Sequence record: DRR723986_8021
DNA: 38,346 nucleotides
Strand: one strand, 5' to 3'
The notes under the pieces were generated by a model. It saw only the letters and a program-made list of their open reading frames with translations, was not told the origin of the DNA and made no database searches. The position numbers and the translations under genes were made by a program. Shown here in pieces: positions 34,848-38,346 of the stretch. How positions within the stretch are numbered: the stretch's first letter is position 1; every line of letters begins with the position of its first letter.

Positions 34848-36434
34848 ATGACACTTTTTGCCAACCCAGCGGGTAGAAATTTTCTCGGCAATTCGTCTGA
34901 ATGGTACAAAACAACCATTTTAGCATTTTTGATTATTAATCCGATCCTGTTTTACACGGCAGGGCCATATGTTGCCGGTTGGGCGCTTATTCTTGAATTT
35001 ATTTTCACGCTAGCAATGGCGTTGAAGTGTTACCCTCTGCAGCCTGGCGGTTTGCTTGCCATTGAAGCCGTCGCCCTTGGCATGACCTCAACCACTACCG
35101 TTGTGCATGAGATACAAAGCAATCTTGAAGTGATTATGCTGCTGGTATTCATGGTGGCGGGTATTTATTTCCTTAAAAATATGTTGCTGTTTGTGTTCAC
35201 AAAAATTCTGGTGAATGTGAAAAACAAGGTTGTGCTATCGCTTATTTTCTCTGCTATGGCGGCCTTGCTGTCAGCATTTCTTGACGCGCTAACGGTAACA
35301 GCAGTGGTTATCGCTATTTCGGTTGGTTTCTTTTCCATCTACCACAAAGTGGCTTCTGGTAAGCAGTTCCACCATGACCATGATCACTCCGGTGACGGTG
35401 AAGTGGATGCACTGAATCATGATGATTTGGACCAATTTCGGGCATTTTTGCGTAGCCTGATGATGCATGCGGCGGTTGGTACAGCACTAGGCGGTGTGAT
35501 GACACTGGTTGGTGAACCACAGAATATTCTCATTGGTGACCGCGCCGGATGGGCGTTTGATGAGTTTTTCTTTAGAATGCTGCCTGTAACTGCCCCTGTT
35601 TTTGTTGCCGGTTTGATAACTTGTGCGCTTCTGGAGATCACCGGCAAATTTGGATACGGCACCAAAATCCCGGAAAAAGTTCTCAATATTATTATTGATT
35701 ATGACCAGTATCAGACTGAGCGCCGTACAAAGCGCGACAATGTTGCCCTTATTATGCAGGGAATTGTCGCTATTTGGCTTGTAGTAGGCCTGATTATTCA
35801 TATCAGCCCAGGACTTGTTGGTCTCTCTGTTATTGTATTGGCGTCTGCGCTCAATGGTATTACGGAAGAACACCAAATTGGACATGCATTTGAAGAGGCT
35901 TTGCCCTTTACAGCGCTGTTGGTTGTGTTCTTCTCTATCGTCGGTGTCATCAGCGACAATGGCCTGTTTAAACCAGTAACAGACTTTGTATTGTCGCTTG
36001 ATACGCCGTCTGCACAAATAACGGCGCTTTATGTTGCGAACGGTGTTTTGTCGGCCATATCTGACAATGTCTTTGTTGCAACGGTTTATGTAACCGAAAC
36101 CACCAAAGCCCTGGCAGACGGTATTATTACCCGCGATACATATGATTTGATGAATGTAGCCATTAACACCGGCACGAATATTCCATCAGTTGCGACTCCA
36201 AACGGTCAGGCAGCGTTTTTGTTTTTGCTAACATCTGCGCTCGCGCCATTGATTAGGTTAAGTTACATGAAGATGGTGGTCATGGCGTTGCCTTATACAA
36301 TTGTCATGTCAATTGTCGGTTACATTGGTGTTTCAACTTTCCTCCAGCCAATGACTGATGAATTGTATGAAGCTCATTTGATTGAGCATCATACCGAAAT
36401 GCCGGGCCAGCCGAGCGAAAGGTCAGGTCACTAA
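34848..36434 (+). CDS. nhaB: Na+/H+ antiporter NhaB
   Basis: '[11 protein letters not shown]', '[25 protein letters not shown]', '[10 protein letters not shown]', 'VGEPQN', 'ISDNVFVA', '[25 protein letters not shown]'. ATG 34848 follows AAGGGG. Confidence 0.96.
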   Translation: MTLFANPAGRNFLGNSSEWYKTTILAFLIINPILFYTAGPYVAGWALILEFIFTLAMALKCYPLQPGGLLAIEAVALGMTSTTTVVHEIQSNLEVIMLLVFMVAGIYFLKNMLLFVFTKILVNVKNKVVLSLIFSAMAALLSAFLDALTVTAVVIAISVGFFSIYHKVASGKQFHHDHDHSGDGEVDALNHDDLDQFRAFLRSLMMHAAVGTALGGVMTLVGEPQNILIGDRAGWAFDEFFFRMLPVTAPVFVAGLITCALLEITGKFGYGTKIPEKVLNIIIDYDQYQTERRTKRDNVALIMQGIVAIWLVVGLIIHISPGLVGLSVIVLASALNGITEEHQIGHAFEEALPFTALLVVFFSIVGVISDNGLFKPVTDFVLSLDTPSAQITALYVANGVLSAISDNVFVATVYVTETTKALADGIITRDTYDLMNVAINTGTNIPSVATPNGQAAFLFLLTSALAPLIRLSYMKMVVMALPYTIVMSIVGYIGVSTFLQPMTDELYEAHLIEHHTEMPGQPSERSGH

Positions 36435-36482
36435 ACGATCGCTTGGTTTAGAAGAAAAGGCATTTAAACAATAGCTTGTCAG

Positions 36483-36520
36483 GCGGCACTCGCGAAAAAC
36501 AGTTGCGGGTGCCGTTTTTT
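36483..36520 (+). terminator. Rho-independent terminator after nhaB
   Basis: GCGGCACTCGCGA / TTGCGGGTGCCGT stem (with G-U pairs) followed by a T run. Confidence 0.78.
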
Positions 36521-36602
36521 ATGGCTAGCATATCTTCATATTACTAAAGTATCAGTTTTTAAGAGTGTTTGAGCAGGTTCAGCGTTTCTTAAGGGGGAAA
36601 TT

Positions 36603-37154
36603 ATGGACGGCCGCAGTTTGTCGGAAGAAAGCGATAATGCTGAAGAAATCAGCTATAACGTCGCAGGAAAAGTTAAATGGTTTGATGCTGTAAAAGGCTA
36701 CGGTTTTGTCGTGCCAGAAGACAGCGGAACCGATGTGCTACTTCACTTTTCAGTATTGAGAGATGTGGGCAGGCGTTCTGTGCCTGAAGGAACCACCGTG
36801 GTTTGTGACGCCGTTGCGCGTGACAAAGGGCGCCAAGCAACCGTTGTACATTCTCTTGATCTCTCAACGGCCGTTGCGCCAGAGGATATTGGAAGGTCTT
36901 CCTTCTCTCATCCCGGTATGGAAGTTGATGTCTCGCCTGAATATGAAGACGTAATCGTTAAATGGTTCAACCGGACCAAAGGCTATGGCTTTGTTTCGCG
37001 CGGTGAGGGTACTCAGGATATCTTTATTCACATCGAAACGCTGCGGCGCGCAGGCTTGACCGACCTAGAGCCTACGCAGGAAGTGCGCGTGCGTATCGGT
37101 AATGGTGACCGCGGGCTGCTTGTTGCGCAAATTGCGCTGCCGGGTGACGCATAG
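36603..37154 (+). CDS. Two-domain cold-shock (CSD) protein
   Basis: Two RNP1/RNP2 sets: '[22 protein letters not shown]' and '[20 protein letters not shown]'. Confidence 0.93.
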   Translation: MDGRSLSEESDNAEEISYNVAGKVKWFDAVKGYGFVVPEDSGTDVLLHFSVLRDVGRRSVPEGTTVVCDAVARDKGRQATVVHSLDLSTAVAPEDIGRSSFSHPGMEVDVSPEYEDVIVKWFNRTKGYGFVSRGEGTQDIFIHIETLRRAGLTDLEPTQEVRVRIGNGDRGLLVAQIALPGDA

Positions 37155-37279
37155 ATCAACTAATATTTTACCTTCATCACTTGTGCGCTGACATGGTATT
37201 GTTCAGGCGCAGTTCATCGATGCGGTGTATTACTGTTCAATGATAAGACTTTCTTGATAATGATTCGCCGGGAGGCTTT

Positions 37280-37786
37280 GTGATGACTATGTTTGGTAAC
37301 GCCGTCAGAGTGCGAGTACCGCAATCTATTTTTCTGAATATGGTTTTGGTGTTGGCGTTGGCTTTTAGTGTGGCTCAAGCAGCAGCTGCACAGCAAGAAA
37401 CGCTTCCCATTGAACCGGTAACAGTCCGGCTTGCAGATGGTACTGAACATGTTTTTCAATCAGAAATGGCGATGACACCTCAGCAACAAGCAGCAGGCAT
37501 GATGTTTCGCACCGAAATGGCACCAAACGCTGGCATGCTGTTCGTTTTCGGGGAAGTAAGGCGGGCCTCTTTTTGGATGCGGAATACCCTTATTCCTCTC
37601 GACATTATTTTTGTTCGTGCGAATGGGCGTATTGCAAACATAGTTGCCAATGCAACACCTGAAACTGACGATCATCGTCGTTCAACTGGCCGTGTTGCAG
37701 GTGTGTTGGAAATTCCCGGCGGTCGTGCTGCCGAATTGGGAATTAAAGCGGGTGACCTTATTGTTCACCCAGCCTTTGGTAAATAA
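37280..37786 (+). CDS. DUF192-family exported protein
   Basis: Signal-like N-terminus; 'GMMFR', 'GMLFVF', 'FWMRNTLIPLDIIF', 'VLEIPGG'. Start uncertain. Confidence 0.9.
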   Translation: MMTMFGNAVRVRVPQSIFLNMVLVLALAFSVAQAAAAQQETLPIEPVTVRLADGTEHVFQSEMAMTPQQQAAGMMFRTEMAPNAGMLFVFGEVRRASFWMRNTLIPLDIIFVRANGRIANIVANATPETDDHRRSTGRVAGVLEIPGGRAAELGIKAGDLIVHPAFGK

Positions 37787-37791
37787 GGCAG

Positions 37792-38241
37792 GTGAAGACA
37801 GAAGCCAAACGCGCTACACCTGAAATGATTGCTGCGGCCAACCCGCCAGAGGGTTATTCATCGATTCTATCAACATCGCCCTTCGGGTGGGAAAACGGCC
37901 CTATTTTTGACCGAACCACTGATACGGGGTTTAAGCGGGGTTTTCGCATTGAGCCACGGCACCTAAATGCGGGCGGTGTGCTGCATGGCGGTATGGTTAT
38001 GACCTTTGCCGATATCGTGTTGGCCCAGGCCGTTAGTAAGGTAGCAGAGCCACCTTTTGTAACCGTTAGAATGACGACAGATTTTATCGGAATAGCGGTT
38101 GAAGGCGACTGGGTTGAAGGCACCGCGGTTGCTGAAACCCCTATCGACGGCATCGTTGCGGTGCAAGGCACTATAGAAACGAGGGGCAAGGTTATTGCCT
38201 CGGCGCAAGGACTTTTCAAAATGTTGCGCAGAACGGGGTAA
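37792..38241 (+). CDS. PaaI-family hotdog thioesterase
   Basis: 'HLNAGGVLHGGMVMTFAD' motif and 'VTVRMTTDFI'. Confidence 0.88.
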   Translation: MKTEAKRATPEMIAAANPPEGYSSILSTSPFGWENGPIFDRTTDTGFKRGFRIEPRHLNAGGVLHGGMVMTFADIVLAQAVSKVAEPPFVTVRMTTDFIGIAVEGDWVEGTAVAETPIDGIVAVQGTIETRGKVIASAQGLFKMLRRTG

Positions 38242-38270
38242 GGTTTTTTTGGCAAAGATGCATTTTTCTC

Positions 38271-38299
38271 TTGCGTCTGAAACCCGCAGAACCTATACG
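38271..38299 (+). promoter_or_regulatory. Sigma70-type promoter of the tRNA gene
   Basis: TTGCGT (38271-38276), 17 bp spacer, TATACG (38294-38299), 11 bp before the tRNA. It lacks the final T of the -10 element, as is common in alphaproteobacteria. Confidence 0.6.
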
Positions 38300-38310
38300 G
38301 TTCACCGCGT

Positions 38311-38346
38311 CGGGGAGTGGCGCAGCCTGGTAGCGCACCTGTTTTG
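38311..38346 (+). tRNA. 5' half of tRNA-Pro, probably anticodon TGG (truncated by window end)
   Basis: CGGGGAG-TG-GCGC-AGCCTGGTA-GCGC-A-CCTGT-TT-TG: acceptor strand starting with C, D-arm typical of tRNA-Pro, anticodon beginning TG. Confidence 0.88.

Noticed and set aside
37792-38346. tRNA-associated integration site or island boundary
   Set aside because: Only the 5' half of the tRNA is visible; no integrase or duplicated tRNA end in the window.

Overview
Chromosomal window from an alphaproteobacterium, inferred from protein sequences and gene order (mfd-sdhE-recG; cold-shock protein-DUF192-tRNA-Pro). It is possibly a marine lineage related to sphingomonads, but the genus cannot be fixed from this window. 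The left part is housekeeping and envelope genes: DUF2336 protein end, PleC/DivJ-like PAS kinase, NAD kinase, moaA, DsbA/FrnE, a small outer-membrane beta-barrel, mfd, sdhE, recG, a carboxyltransferase, a DEAD-box helicase and a secreted Cys-repeat protein. The centre (16390-29984) is a complete sphingolipid (ceramide) locus: acyl-ACP synthetase, ceramide reductase, dedicated ACP, serine palmitoyltransferase, ceramide synthase and ceramide kinase. It also carries a Tam41-like nucleotidyltransferase, a His-box desaturase/hydroxylase, a MOP flippase, an LptF/LptG pair and a DUF2141 protein, suggesting a make-modify-flip-export system. The right part holds a class V PLP enzyme, recX, Moco accessory genes, nhaB, a two-domain cold-shock protein, DUF192, a PaaI thioesterase and the 5' half of tRNA-Pro. 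Non-coding signals read directly from the sequence include a three-hairpin C-rich candidate sRNA in the 3' UTR of the porin gene, an SD-sequestering 5' hairpin on the same gene, and ten helically phased A/T-tracts upstream of mfd. No mobile element or CRISPR array was seen. Family assignments come from motif recognition, not database searches.
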